The notes beneath the pieces were generated by a model that made no database searches, had not been told where the DNA came from, and worked only from the letters and a program-made list of their open reading frames with translations. From positions 62,001 to 126,000 of the forward strand of contig CBFFRP010000058.1 in NCBI GenBank assembly GCA_965644295.1: a DNA stretch of 64,000 nucleotides, read 5' to 3'. The position numbers were made by a program, and so were the translations under genes. Position 1 is the first letter of the stretch. The number at the start of each line of letters is the position of its first letter. Below, one piece after another: positions 36,101 through 49,361 of the stretch. Source of the DNA: Paraphysomonas bandaiensis. Lineage: Eukaryota > Protista > Chrysophyceae.

Positions 36101-39100
36101 GTAACCCAATGTCATTGTCCTTGGGGGATTCTACATCACCCATACTGCGAGTAATACCTGATTACGAACGGCAGTATTTGATACACTTGAGAAAGTTTGT
36201 ACTCTATTATATTATGCAGATGTAATGACCCTGATTACTAATTGCTTCAGAGGAGAAGCATTTCTAGATGCCTCCGAAGAGGCGGGAGCATCTTGCAGGC
36301 GGTGTGTCGCCCAGATGGAGGTGATATGGTGTGATTAGGTTGTGGTTGTTGATATATTCTTGCTATAAAGGTCCAGTGCCAGGCCATGGAGGCTCTGATT
36401 TCCAGCCTTACTGAGCACTATAATATCACCCAATCTAACTTTGAATGTATAAAGGTTAGATAATATACTGTTTTAAGTTTTGTTATGACGTTACATTACC
36501 TTTAGCGAAAGCAGAGTCTCCTACAACATAATCATATATCTCTTCTGGACTTTTTTGATCAAAACTTGTCGCGACTAGGACGTGTACCTCTTCATCCCAC
36601 TCTTCGGAACTCTACTGATGCTTCATGGATGTGTAATACCTTGCTGGACACTGTTCCAATGGACAAGGAACGAGCATGGGTAGATAAGTGTCGTCACGGA
36701 CATCGTAAAATTCTTGAAAATTTGGCACATCTACAAAAGATTTTCGTTGCCATAGCTGAAGACTTGAAAGATGTAGATGTGTCAGAATTACGAAAAGATG
36801 TACAGGGAAGTATAAAGCTCATGGAGAGTATTGAGGCCCGAATTCATACACAAAGGTTTTGTATGCGAGAGCTACGGGAAGCTTATCGCAATATTCATGA
36901 CAGCTTATCGACAATTGTTGATCGTTCCCTGATTTCTGACGATTTGAGAAATACATCAGAATATATGTCCTTAGTGCAGTCCACGGAGGACGAATCAACT
37001 AATATTGTGAAGAGTCTTGCATTGGGAGCCCGCAAACAGGTCCATTCCATGCTCATGTATAGGCATTCGTGTGAAAGTGTTTGATTGGTGTATGCAGGAG
37101 GTGGAAGTTATACTCCTTATGGAAACGCGGTGCCGTGACATTATGAAGGACAAGGATGTCATTGCAGAGGCTAAAAATAAACTCACTAGGTGTGCAAGTG
37201 CATAAAATTATGTATAACATTATCAAATTCGTTGTGTATAACACCATGCCAAGTAGGGCCATACGACATACTATGCAGCAAGCCGCAGTTATACAGTCTG
37301 ATATTCGGTTCAAGTTAAAAACATCTCTTGAACGGATATATGAAAGGGTGCGAGAACACAATGGGTACTTTAAGCATTTACAGAATATTCGCTTTCTACC
37401 TGAGGCCTACAGAGACTTTCTTTACGAGGTCATTCGACGAAGACAATACACTGAGGTAGTGAGCCGCATATGAGTATATCAGTGTGTCGTGGTCCATATG
37501 TTTTGAACATTATGTAGAAGTGTGTAGACCGAAAGGTGTCATGTGAACTTTATGGCAGGAGTTTGAAGCTATAGTTGAAGACTACGAAACAAAAATATCA
37601 ACTATTAGGAATGAGGAAACAAAGTACGATGTGCTTTTGTATTATGCCATAGTGAGTCATGTTTTATCTTTTTAGAAATCGAGAACATTTCTTGTCGACA
37701 GTGGGGTGTTGTCTACCTCCTTTGTTCTTTGATAGAGTACCATCACTGGATGAGAAACCCCCACGCTTTTCTGTCTGTGTTACTGAGGTTAGTGGGGTGG
37801 TTACAAGCGAAAGTGATGCTCCTACTGATAGATTGATTCTTTTACTCTAAAGGGACAGTATCTTCCTGAAGTGCACCATGAAGACATCATAGCAATCATG
37901 GAGACAGGGGTTTACGGGAGTGTCACCTGCAGAGGATTCTGTTCTGGGAGCCCTCGAGCGAGAAATATAGCCGAAAATGTAGACAAGATAGTTGAAGTTA
38001 ATATGGTGACTAGTGAGGATGATAGATTAAAGGTTCGTGGGCATAGATGCCAAAGTGTAATGTAGCGCACTGTTTTAGATAATGAAGGAAATTGATATGT
38101 CTGTAGCAACTGGAGCTGGAGAACATTTACCTACGACAGCTACTGGCAAGTCAGTCCAGTGATTCCCATGAACGCTCCTTGGCAGTATCCCCATCTATAC
38201 AAGAAATTTTGTCGCAGCTACTGGAGGACCTGTACTCTATCACTAGCAGCACGGTGATATTGAATGGCGAGAAAGACGGTCAACATGAGGTTTTGATTGG
38301 GGCATATGGGGAAGAAGAGTTGCATAAGAGTGCAGATTTAAGAGTATCAGAGGTTGGACATATTCATCTGTGTAATACATAGATAACATGTCTGTATCTA
38401 TGAATGTAAAACCAACGCACATCTATTACAGCCGGTATAATTTCTATATATTGGATGTCTCAGATACTTGATATTATTGAAAAAGTAAATAGGAGTATAA
38501 GACGCACTCAACAGGCATTTGATGAAAAGGTATTATACTGTTATGGTAGTTCTCTCGCTTTATTGAATGTGGTGCAGTTGAAGTGTCTGAGCAGCGGGGA
38601 TAAAGTCGTGCAGACGAAATGCTCTCTTGATATCAGAATAGAAAATCCATCTGCAACTCGATGTCCCGTACCCACAATATCATTTTTGTCCTTTGAAGTT
38701 GGAAACATTGCTCTGTTCCTTCCCACAAAGTGCGCCTATTCTTACATAGCCCTGCTATAATGTTGTTAATAGTGTATTTAGTAAGCAGGACGTGTACTTG
38801 GCGTTCTCAAAAGCCAGGTGTCCTAATAGATATCTATCACAGGTGTGAAGTTATTCTGCCGTTATTCATATGACACAACTTTTTTGTTATTCGAATGTTG
38901 GTATATTTACTTTTAAATATCTTATCTACGTTTTTAGGACTCTCTGCGTAATTTCAAGACATCTGATGCCGATAACCCTGGTTTTATTGTTGGTAGAATT
39001 ATTTACATTGAAGCCAAGGTGGCTTCGAAGGATGATCCACTTCCAGGAATCGGTCCAGCTTCCAATCCACTCCGTCTAAGTGATGGTGTTAAATACTTTC

Positions 39101-39288
39101 TCATGGATGTAGAGCAGATTTTCTTTGGAGCACCTACAGTAGGAGCCTGTCTACTGCTATATTATGTCATGTAATCGTTTGTGCAGGGTACAATAAATGA
39201 GAAAAAGAGTCCCAACACTGGACTTGTGGGTTCCGGTACACATTCTTTTGTGATGAGGGGCAGCCCATCCACAGAAAATAAAGGATAA
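33170..39288 (+). CDS. ATG11: Autophagy protein ATG11/RB1CC1(FIP200)-like, multi-exon; first intron 33253-35768
   Basis: Exon1 plus exon2 give MDSKEVFRVREAGSG...S|LHALRTCLSTFSGIPPSDQILLIG (ubiquitin-like N-terminus). Central EVIRRR motif. C-terminal claw domain ISFLSFEVGNIALFLPT...YLAF...FIVGRIIYIE...NPLRL...YF. Internal exon edges were not all verified. Confidence 0.82.
33315..34763. repeat. 21-bp minisatellite (AACACACTATACCATACATAT)n, degenerating out to ~35750
   Basis: About 50 near-perfect units to ~34380, followed by variant blocks. Confidence 0.98.
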
Positions 39289-41139
39289 GATTTTATATTT
39301 ATCAATTGGCTATTAACACTCACCAGCAGATATGTATTTCGTAGAGGCAGAGCTTTTTATGTTTGGGCTAGAAATTATGACGTGAATTCTTTTGATTATG
39401 TTGTATGTGTGTGATATGAGTATATTTTAATACCTGATTTTTAATACTTTTCAAACAAACGAATCCGTCTATAAATATCAAGTAAATTGCGTTTGCTCAA
39501 TCAAGTAGTAAATATCTTATTATTAGCGATAGGCGTTTATTATTAACTATTGCAGTTATTATTAATAATAATATATTGATATATAATATTATATTGGGCG
39601 TTAAGAAGAAAACATGCGATCCACAAGTGCTTGTTGAACCAAAGGAACAGCAGTTCGAGGCGCCGTGGGATCATTCCTTGTCGCAAGTGTGTCATGATAA
39701 TCTTGGCTCTGCTGCACAAACGCTCCACACAATGTTAGTTGTCCTGAATAAAGGTTTGGTCGATCGATACTGGGTGTCAAGCTGTCGTCCGAACTTCTTG
39801 TTGGTGGCTCTCTGTGGCTTTAAAATATAGCACTACTTACTGTACGATGTAGTTGAAAATACCAGTTAACGAGCATATTCATACATATAACTCAGCAGTC
39901 ACTATATATTCACGGTATGGAATGTAGGAACTACAATCTAAGCTTTCAAGAAAGGAAAAACTTCTTGTTGCCTTGCTTCGAGTAAGAAAGAAAGGAATTG
40001 GTTAATTGCTTGACAGTTAAAGTACTAATTTCTAATATCGAACATATTATATTTTACTTATAGCAGCACACTCAGTGAGGCTACATTCGTGAAACTACCA
40101 TCCGCTACCATATTAAATTATACTTGTAGTAGCTGAGTACTGGCTGAACAACGTTAAAAGAGATATAGTGAAATTGTGATGTTGTAGCACTGTGATTGTG
40201 GAGACAAATCAATCACCAATACCGAAATTCTGTTTTACAAATCGTATCTTTAACAGCTACTATATTTTCGTTTCTTTATATAGACTTTTAATACAGCTAC
40301 TCGTATATTGTAGTCCTATAGATTCCGTATTTCATTGTTGCATAGAATACAGGATTGCTACTAGCGATCTTCAACAAGCTTCAAAAGTACGCACGACATA
40401 GGAGTTGGTTGTAGTTCAATAGAACATGAATAGCGTTCTTCATCGTTGCAGGTAATTCTCAGAATTGTTCGATATTATAATAATAGGTGAGCTATGTGAT
40501 TAGGAGGTGTAATTTACGATTAATCATATATAATTTCAAAGGCACACAAGCATGATGAACAATATAATATATCAATACTATGCAACAGGGCTGCGACGCA
40601 GGTTGTAGTCAATTATTATTGCAATTATTACTTACTGTCTCAATTTCAATTATCGCAATTAACAACCTTTCGACCCTATTGGTTGATTGGTTGTGGCATG
40701 CAAGTTCTTGATGTAACGAGTTTCCTGATTAAGGCGTGCTATGATGGTAAAACAATCATAAATATATTGTAGCAAGCAAAATAAATAATTGCTAAATTGA
40801 TATTGCAATCCAATACATTTTACCCGGTCCTGTATAACCATAAGTACCTTATATAGATAAATATTATATATATTAGTAACCGAAATTACTTCCTTTGTAA
40901 CAACTTTTTGGTTTCAGCTGTTGTGCACACTATTAACTCACTTCCATTGCACTATATACCTAAAGCAGAACTCAACAGCGAATAGTGTTACCTTTCCAGT
41001 AAGTCACGCTGTTAAGACAGTTGCGAGCCGACAAAGCACTTGGTGGGTGTTCCAGACCAGTGGGGAATGCTAGGTCGTATTGAAGTACAATTTTCTGTTT
41101 AGATATGTATATAAAATGAAGCGCTATTATGGTATACTA

Positions 41140-42866
41140 TTAACTAGTCTCTACACTCCAAAGTGAACTGAAATCAAAATCATCACTAAACAATTTAGAA
41201 TACTTCAACGCACTCTTTACCCATTCGGGTAACTCTGCAACAGAGGAGAACTGCCTTCTTAGAAATTTGGACACATACAATTTATATGCTTCCTCACCAT
41301 CGAGAATGGCCTACACAACACTATCACGAGTGATTTGTAAAGGCATATATCGACACTTACTTGTCGCATGGTTCGCATCAGGCGCATCATATAGGCGATG
41401 TTGTGCATTGTCAAAAGCTGTGCTGCCAGAGGAACGTTGTTCTTGAAAAGTAAATGAAGATAGGCAACTGTGTACTCCCTACATGCGAGACACGAGCATT
41501 CTGAGTCAACTGGCTCGACAATTTTGGCGCACTCTTTCGCCTTTAGCCGTATACTACCGGATGGAACTAGAGCCACACCAAATCTAGCGGTCCGTGTGGG
41601 AAACACACAGTCAAACCTATAAACACCATGGCCAATAAATACATGAGTATTAAGAGAAAAGCGACAACATACATGTCTACACCGAGTGCAACACAGACCA
41701 CCAAATCAACAGGGTAGCCAACACCCATCACGTAAATGGGTTTGTGGGACGGAAGGCGCGCCGTGCACTGAAAATGAAAATATAATAGAGTAAGTTACGT
41801 CATTCATAATTCCGAAGAATATAACATACATGTGCAACCACCCTCCAGAAGCTTTCCTTGTCCTCTCCACCTGCCAGACCTCCAATGGCATAACCAGGTA
41901 AGTCTCGGCTTATCATTCCCTCTAAGCAAATATCTCTTAGACCTCCGGGTGAAACATCGAGACCTCCTTGAATGATGCCAAACAGGTTCTGCTCATGAGG
42001 GCGTTTGTGTGCGGCTATGCAGCGGTCCAGCCACCGTATAGACCTGGCGGTAGCCTCTTTGAAACGCTCCATGTCCTCTGATACACTACTGACTACATCA
42101 TCGAGCTGCATGATAATATCTGCTCCAATTTCATTCTACAATAAATGTATTAAATAGTTTTACTCATGGTGGCAAAAGTCACCTGGCATTTAATGGACTC
42201 TTCAGGAGTGAGAAGCATCTCAGTTCCATCCATAGGTGAGCGAAATCGAACACCTTCCTCTGTAATCTGTAGTATACTGTGATGTATAATCGTTATTGCG
42301 GAGTTTTCGTACCTCTGCAAGGTCAAGTAGTGACACCATTTGAAACCCCCCACTATCAGTTAAGAGGTTATTTTTCCAGTTCATAAACTTATGCAGCCCT
42401 CCAAACTCATCAAGTAGTTGAGTTCCAGGTTGTAGTGCCAGGTGATAAGTGTTTCCTAATATAATTTCTGGGGAGAGGGCCTCATCATATAGCTGTTCAG
42501 TGGATAGACCTTTTATAGTACCTGCAATAGAATACAGTTAATACAGATATAGATACTAGTGTAAGCTATAGTCCTACTCCTACCCTTTGTTCCAACAGGC
42601 ATGAAGACGGGTGTACGAACATTTCCATGTGGCTGCATTTCACCCATTAATAATATGAATGCACATGTATATACGAGTGTATGTATTATCCTATCTTACC
42701 TACCTACCTACCTACATACATACATACGCACATCCATATATATGGTATGTACATCCATATCTCTATACATACATATATATACATATATGTGGTATTAACT
42801 TACTAGTATCAAGTTACTTGCTCTTGCAAAATTCACTGTTGAAAGTACATCAAATTGCAATGCCAT
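41140..42866 (-). CDS. QTRT1: Queuine tRNA-ribosyltransferase catalytic subunit, multi-exon
   Basis: [73 protein letters not shown], CxCxxC...HN zinc site. Confidence 0.95.
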
Positions 42867-43417
42867 TGTGTACTATAAACAGATAAGAGAGATTGATTAG
42901 TAATGATAGTAATAGAGTGATGAACTTAAGGATGATAGTGTATATATATGGTGAGGTTAATTGATATGGATGCATTTTGATATTTTGAGACGAATATAAG
43001 GGATTTATAGTGAAATGTTCTATAAAATAGGAATATTCACATTTTCAAGCTCCGAATAATAGGAATTTTATGTATTTTCTCAGGTCCTGCACCATATACA
43101 GCAGTCGGTATATCACTTGATGGTGGGCATTCGCAGCACTACACGCACTACATCAGTACAGTCATAGCCTGCTGCTGTTGATGTACAGTGTTGACTAAGT
43201 CTACGATAGAACAACCATCCCATCTACAGTACTACGAATGTGGTATGGAAACATACAGTGTACATACTGCCATACCATACAGCAGTAGTACATATACATA
43301 TATACATACCTCGCACTGTACATACCCCCCAACATATATATACATATATATACATATATATTCACATTACATCATCTCACTTATATTAAACTAACCTTAT
43401 ATTATATAATTATTACA

Positions 43418-44631
43418 ATGGATTTATTAAAAGCAGAAATTGAAAAAAAAAGAAAAGCAACATCTGAATTAATTCAACAAACTAACCCTAATAAAGTAGG
43501 GAAAACACGGTACATCAGACAAGGAGATATTATCAAATTAGAAGAACAACGTCGACTTGAATTACAACAAAAACTTGATAATGAACGTATATCATTACGT
43601 CATAATTCATATACAAATGAAATGAATACTATATCAAATGAATCAGTTATAACATCATATGATACATTATCTATATTACCAATAGAAAAAATTAAAGAAA
43701 GACTTCGTAAACTTGGACATCCTATAACATTATTTGGTGAAAGTGATAATGAACGTGTGTCAAGATTAGCTACAGCAGAAAGTGAAGTTAATGAAGAAGA
43801 TGATTATCGTCTTACTGCTGCAGGTCACACTACAAAGAATACATTCCTAGGTGCAACTGGTGATAAGCCACATTCTCGTCGTGTGGAAGGTGACACTGAA
43901 GGAGTAAATGATGAGGATGGTGGGGGGGATGAGGATGGTGAGAGGTCGGGCTCTTTCAAACGAGGAGAGATAGCGACGTCGTACTCCACAACGCCTGGGC
44001 TATCTAAGGAAAAAATAGTTTACAAATACTTCCGAAACCTGCTCAAGCAGTGGGAATGGGATCTAGATGACAGGGAAGATAAAGAAAAGGCCACAACGAA
44101 AGGTGCGACAATATGTATTTCAAGAAGGCCATATTAATGGTATATCCAGGAAAAATGGAGACCAAGACGCAGAAGCAGTGCAAGGATTATATCCGCCCGC
44201 TGTTCAAACTGTGCAAAAAGTGTGAGGTTCCTCCAGATATACTTCTCAAGCTCGTCAAGGTGACGTTATACAGAAACCTTTTTGACAATCGTAATTATTG
44301 TGATTGTACAGATAGTTGAGTACTGCGAACAAGGTAACTTCAGATTGGCCCATGATGAATATCTCCAGGCAGCTATAGGAAAGTCAGCCTGGCCTATTGG
44401 ACTTACCATGGTTGGCATTCACGAGAGATCAGGTGGACATAACTCTGCATACACAACGCATATCATTAGTTTATATATTTTTGCTCAGGGCGAGAGAAAA
44501 TTTCTACGTCTAAGGTTGCTCATGTGATGAATAACGAGCTGCAGAGAAAGTATTTTACGTCAGTAAAGCGCTTAATGTCTTATGCACAAACGAAGCGTCC
44601 AGATATACCCCCGTCTATGAAATCTCTCTAG
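43418..44631 (+). CDS. PRP18: Pre-mRNA splicing factor 18, 4 exons
   Basis: MDLLKAEIEKKRK start; PRP4-like RLRKLGHPITLFGESD; QCKDYIRPLF; AIGKSAWPIGLTMVGIHERSG; AHVMNNELQRKY. Confidence 0.95.
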
Positions 44632-45260
44632 TGTGAAATATGAATTCAATAATAATTATTTTATTATGTACTGCGATGATTTAATTTTCGCCAAGGAAAC
44701 CTACGATTTTGTACAATATTAATATTAAGCGACTCCCGTAGGTATATATTTAGAATTGAGAGAACGATGTTTATAGTTTTTAGCATATTTGCTAGTAGTC
44801 TAGTTGCACTCTCAAGCTAGAACGCATGTTAGATATTGGGGCTTCACATGCTTGGCTTTAGTAGGAACTCACACTTATTGAAACACTTTTCCTGTTCCAT
44901 TCTTTTAAACTTTCGAAGCAGTGTGTATTTCCCACTGTGAGCGACAGTACATCTCTGCGTTGTGCGGTCAGAATCTGCGCGTACTTTACACATGCAATCG
45001 AATAGCTTGCTAGTCGGTGAGTTTTCAAAATTAACATGTATTCTTTACGTTACATATTCGAGATATGCTGTACACGGATGACACATCCTCGGAATGGGGT
45101 ACACGGAATGGATATTATTATATACCTTTTCACCATTCACTACTTGTACAAGACTAAAACACAAGTATAACGACCAAATTTACTACTGAGTGCATGCTAC
45201 AACACATGCTGATTTCTGTCACAATACTATACAATATAACGACCACGGTGCAATCGAATA

Positions 45261-47016
45261 CTAGTCGGCGAGGGGGTCGATTGGCTTTCTGTATGGCGTT
45301 GGCAACTCTCCGCAGTTATACCCCGTGCTTCCTTCAAAGCAGCTGCACTTTCCAGTTGAGTAGTCGCATATACCGCGATCGGAACAGTCCACATGACAGA
45401 GATTCAGTCGACTCCCTACCCCTCGTCCTATACCAACCCACAACAGATGTCAAACATGTGATTAGCAATCAGCACAATACAGCACAGTCATTAACATCTA
45501 TACACAAAGCGACAGACGTACCCCCCGGAACTTGATTCTTGTTTTCACAGTCTGTTTCTACCACATTTGTATGAAGGTTATCACCAGATGGACAACGGCC
45601 TTCAAAAAAACACACACGTCAAATGAGGTATTTTACAAACAAACATGTATGGACCAAGTGTGTCCACACTGACAGCAGATATTCTATTCCAATTCATGCG
45701 ACAGCATAAGCGAGGAAAGTGAACTTACGCTTGGAGCAATCTGGTCCAAAGTACTCCGGTAATTGAGTTTGACCTCTATCTAGCCCCACTTCCCAGGAAG
45801 AGTCGCATACACATGCATGCATTACATCCGCATCCCAAGCAGTAGTAGCGGTGGCGTAACCATACTCGAACTGCCCACGAATAAGGGGCATACTATGTTC
45901 CAACTGGGCGATCTCTCGCATACTGAGACATTGACCATGACCAGAACAGTCGTTTGGACACCCCACTGCAAAATCGAAAGTTAAAGAATTGAAAATACAG
46001 GACAGTAAACTCACGTCGATTGCAGGCTTCTCCAGTGAAGGGTGGGAAGCACTCACATTGCCCAGTTCTACGGTTACAAATGCCCATATTAGAACACTCC
46101 GCTTGCGAATGAGCCTGATTCGTGGCCGAGGGGAAGTCGACGATTGCCTTACCCGTAGGACAAACTCCTGAGATATTAATATATTTAAGTGATAACTATA
46201 TATACTGCTTTCTACTCACTGTGGAAACAATGTCCACTTAGTGACGCGCCTTTCATAACCACATCAGTCGGAGCTCCCCAACCCTCATCGCATATACAAT
46301 TCTCTGTACAAAAATCACAGACACCTCTTCCATAACAGTCTCCGTAGAGTTTACAACCCAACCCCATCTGGGGATGACTGAGCGTAACAGTTACATTGTC
46401 CCAAGTCGGGTTGCGCACAGTACCAAGGGAAGTGTACGCCATGCGTACAGAAGCATTCGAGCTTAACTGAAAGACTTCCATATCACGGGCGGATGGCACA
46501 TTGTAGATTGTGTCGTGTGCAGGAAACCCACAATAGGCCCGGATACCGTTCTCGGCGTATATCTTAATGTGGATATGTGTCTCAGACCTGATAACGACGC
46601 CTGGTTTCTTAACAATCTGTAGTTTGGATGTACTATACGGATCCGTGTTATTATCAAAATTCCCTTCTAACCATGCTGCCACAAATAATAGTGATGGTTC
46701 CAATTCAAGATTATATATTGGATACGTGTCATCTACAAGACTAGGTGCTCGACCATCTGTAAACCTAGGCATTGTGACAGTAAACATTTCATTTTCTTCA
46801 ATATCCCATGTTGTTTTAAATTTTAATGATATTTCAACTGGTGAACCAACATTAGCATGAGAAAATGATAGTTCAGTAAGTATAAACCCTGCAATAGAAG
46901 TTAATATAGTCGTATGATAGTCATGTATATATATATACATCATCATTATAGATCTTACCTTGATGGGTGTGTAAGGTAACAAGAGTAATCAATACCTTAA
47001 TCACACAGGACCACAT
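45261..47016 (-). CDS. Secreted EGF/tenascin-repeat protein resembling stramenopile mastigoneme Sig1/Ocm1-type proteins, multi-exon
   Basis: Signal-like exon 1 (MWSCVIKVLITLVTL); CPTGKA...AH..AECSNMGICNRRTGQCECF; CPNDCSGHGQC; WDAD...CVCD; GPDCS..CPSGD; CSDRGICDYSTGKCSCF. Confidence 0.82.
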
Positions 47017-47112
47017 CCTTACTGGATGCTGAGGTTATAATATATTCCAATCTATCTATCTATATATGAGTGTGAGTTCTATCTGTCTGTTGTATTGATA
47101 CATACATACATA

Positions 47113-48808
47113 CAGTCAGTTCTCGATATCGTCAATGAGGTATGGTAAAAATGTCCGTTATGGGAAATGAAATAGGCTTGGTACAGGGTTTTTAAGCTAA
47201 AACCCCCGATTTTATATAAAACTACAGTTTTATATAAAAATCCCCTATTTTGCGTGACTTTTGTAAAAGTGATTATAGAAGTTAGCAATATATTGGATGC
47301 TGTATGTGCAGAGAGTATGCAACAGAGAGAGTATCATGAACACATTCATAATATATACTCACATTGTTGTACGTAACGATGTCAGTTGAATGCAGCATCG
47401 GTACCAAGCGCAAGAAATCTTTGAGTACTTTCTCGGATGTGCAGAAATGAAACTTCGTGAAAGAATATAAAGAGGGTCATTTCACAACCCTCAACCAATT
47501 CGTTGCATACAAGAAGAACATATTCAGCTGTTCAGCATTATGCAAATGGATTAAAGCCAGTGATAATGGGACATTGAAGATCCTTACATTACATTAGTCA
47601 AACCCATGGCTGGTTTGACAGAAATATTACTATATGGTGGATCAATTCGGTATTTGATCCTTGGTACAGACGACGATTTGGATCACTTAAGTGTATTATA
47701 TTGTTTGACAACTGCTCGTCACATGTCGGCATTGACGAACAGTTGTACCCTTCGTACATTAGTGAACGGTATTGCAGTAACTTAGCAATTGGAAGATGCT
47801 GGCGTAAAGCGAATTGTTTGCCACTACCAATGCAGCAGCAACTGATTACTGAATATGGGTCAGCGGATAGAAATATATATAAGATATCTGACGACGATCT
47901 CGCTTCAATGTGCAACCTAATGTCAACTCTGTGTATCAAAGTTAGGGAGCTTTCGGCTGTGCCTGATATAGTTTCAGGAATTACTGAGATGAGTTCATTT
48001 ACTGCCGAACAGCGAGCAAGCGCAGTGAAATTATGGTGTAATGTGGAAAATGATCCATTGGTTGTCGAAACTGAAATTGAGGAAGCCATGGAGCGCTTCG
48101 AATCTTTTTCTATTTCTCCGCAAATACCGATGGTGGATGATCATTGTCAAACTGATACAAATATTGACCCTGCAACTTCATCTAAGGTAACTTTGAATCA
48201 ATTCAATGATGCCATGCGTGTTGTATATGACTTTACTATGGGAAATAGTGATGAGGATGCTGATGCTTTGCACTACACGTTTGTTAAGGCCGCTTCTGAA
48301 GTTACTAAACGTTACTTAGAGAAGCGCAAAAGGTCTTCGTCACAACTTTTTTCTCCGCTTCTCGGAGTTATGTCACAATACAGCACTTTTTCTCGGTGTA
48401 GAGATCTAATTCTACACTATAGCAGCGTTATGTAGTAACTATGTTATACAGCTGTCCTGTGTCGTTAAGACAAGCATTTTTATCATGTAATAACAAGGCT
48501 TTCCACATAATTAATCTGTAGTGCCATAATAGAAAGTTTTTCAGCCTTAAACACAGTATCCTGCTAAATTCAATTGTGATATCCAGAATTTTAAACATAG
48601 ACTTAGGGTTTTTAGTATAAAACCGTGGTTTTAATATCCAAAAACTGAGTTTTATGCAAAATATCTGAATTTTTAAACAAAAACTGGCTTTTTTATAAAT
48701 AAACCTGTTTTTTTTCAAATAAAACCCGGGTTTTTAATGGTAAAAATGTCCGTTATTGGAAATTGTAACCCTATGGTACAATCCATTGACGATATCGAGA
48801 ACTGACTG
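47113..48808 (+). mobile_element. Internally deleted pogo-type (Tc1/mariner superfamily) DNA transposon
   Basis: Perfect 25-bp TIRs CAGTCAGTTCTCGATATCGTCAATG (47113-47137 and 48784-48808); TA TSD; inserted in a TACA tract. Confidence 0.93.
47379..48435 (+). pseudogene. pogo DDE_1 transposase remnant
   Basis: HGWFDRNITIWWINSVFDPWYRRRFGSLKCIILFDNCSSH matches the DDE_1 'aWm...f..W...lLllDN.ssH' motif. Early TGA in the N-terminal segment; other catalytic blocks are missing. Confidence 0.82.
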
Positions 48809-49361
48809 TACATACAAGTACATACATACATACATACATTATATACGTCCAGGAATACAGGAATACAATATGTAAATGGAATGTATTGTACTGATTATAT
48901 CACAAGTATACATCATACGTATTCTTAGATGCCCGTTTTGCTTAGGGAATACAGAGAATACACCACGTATTCTACTTTTCAATCACAGAGATCTGCTGAT
49001 GAGACCAACTACTTCCTTATACAATCAATGTATTCTATATAATAATACAGAGAAATCTTCTTGAAAAAAGTGTGAAAAAATGAACGGCAGAAAATGCGAC
49101 AACTGGCTGTCATACAATGAACCACTTGAGGTCTCCCAGGGGGGGGTCATGTACTACTGTATATATGAAGATGTACAGTATATACCATACATATCTACGT
49201 GTTTCTCTCTATATAAGTGTGTTTCCATCATTCCTTATACATTAAGACACATAGACATCATCATCATATCATCATCACATCAATTCTATCCTTCATTCAT
49301 ATATAAGTTTATAATATTTAGTTAGATATAACCAAGTAATCAAACAAACACATCAATTATC

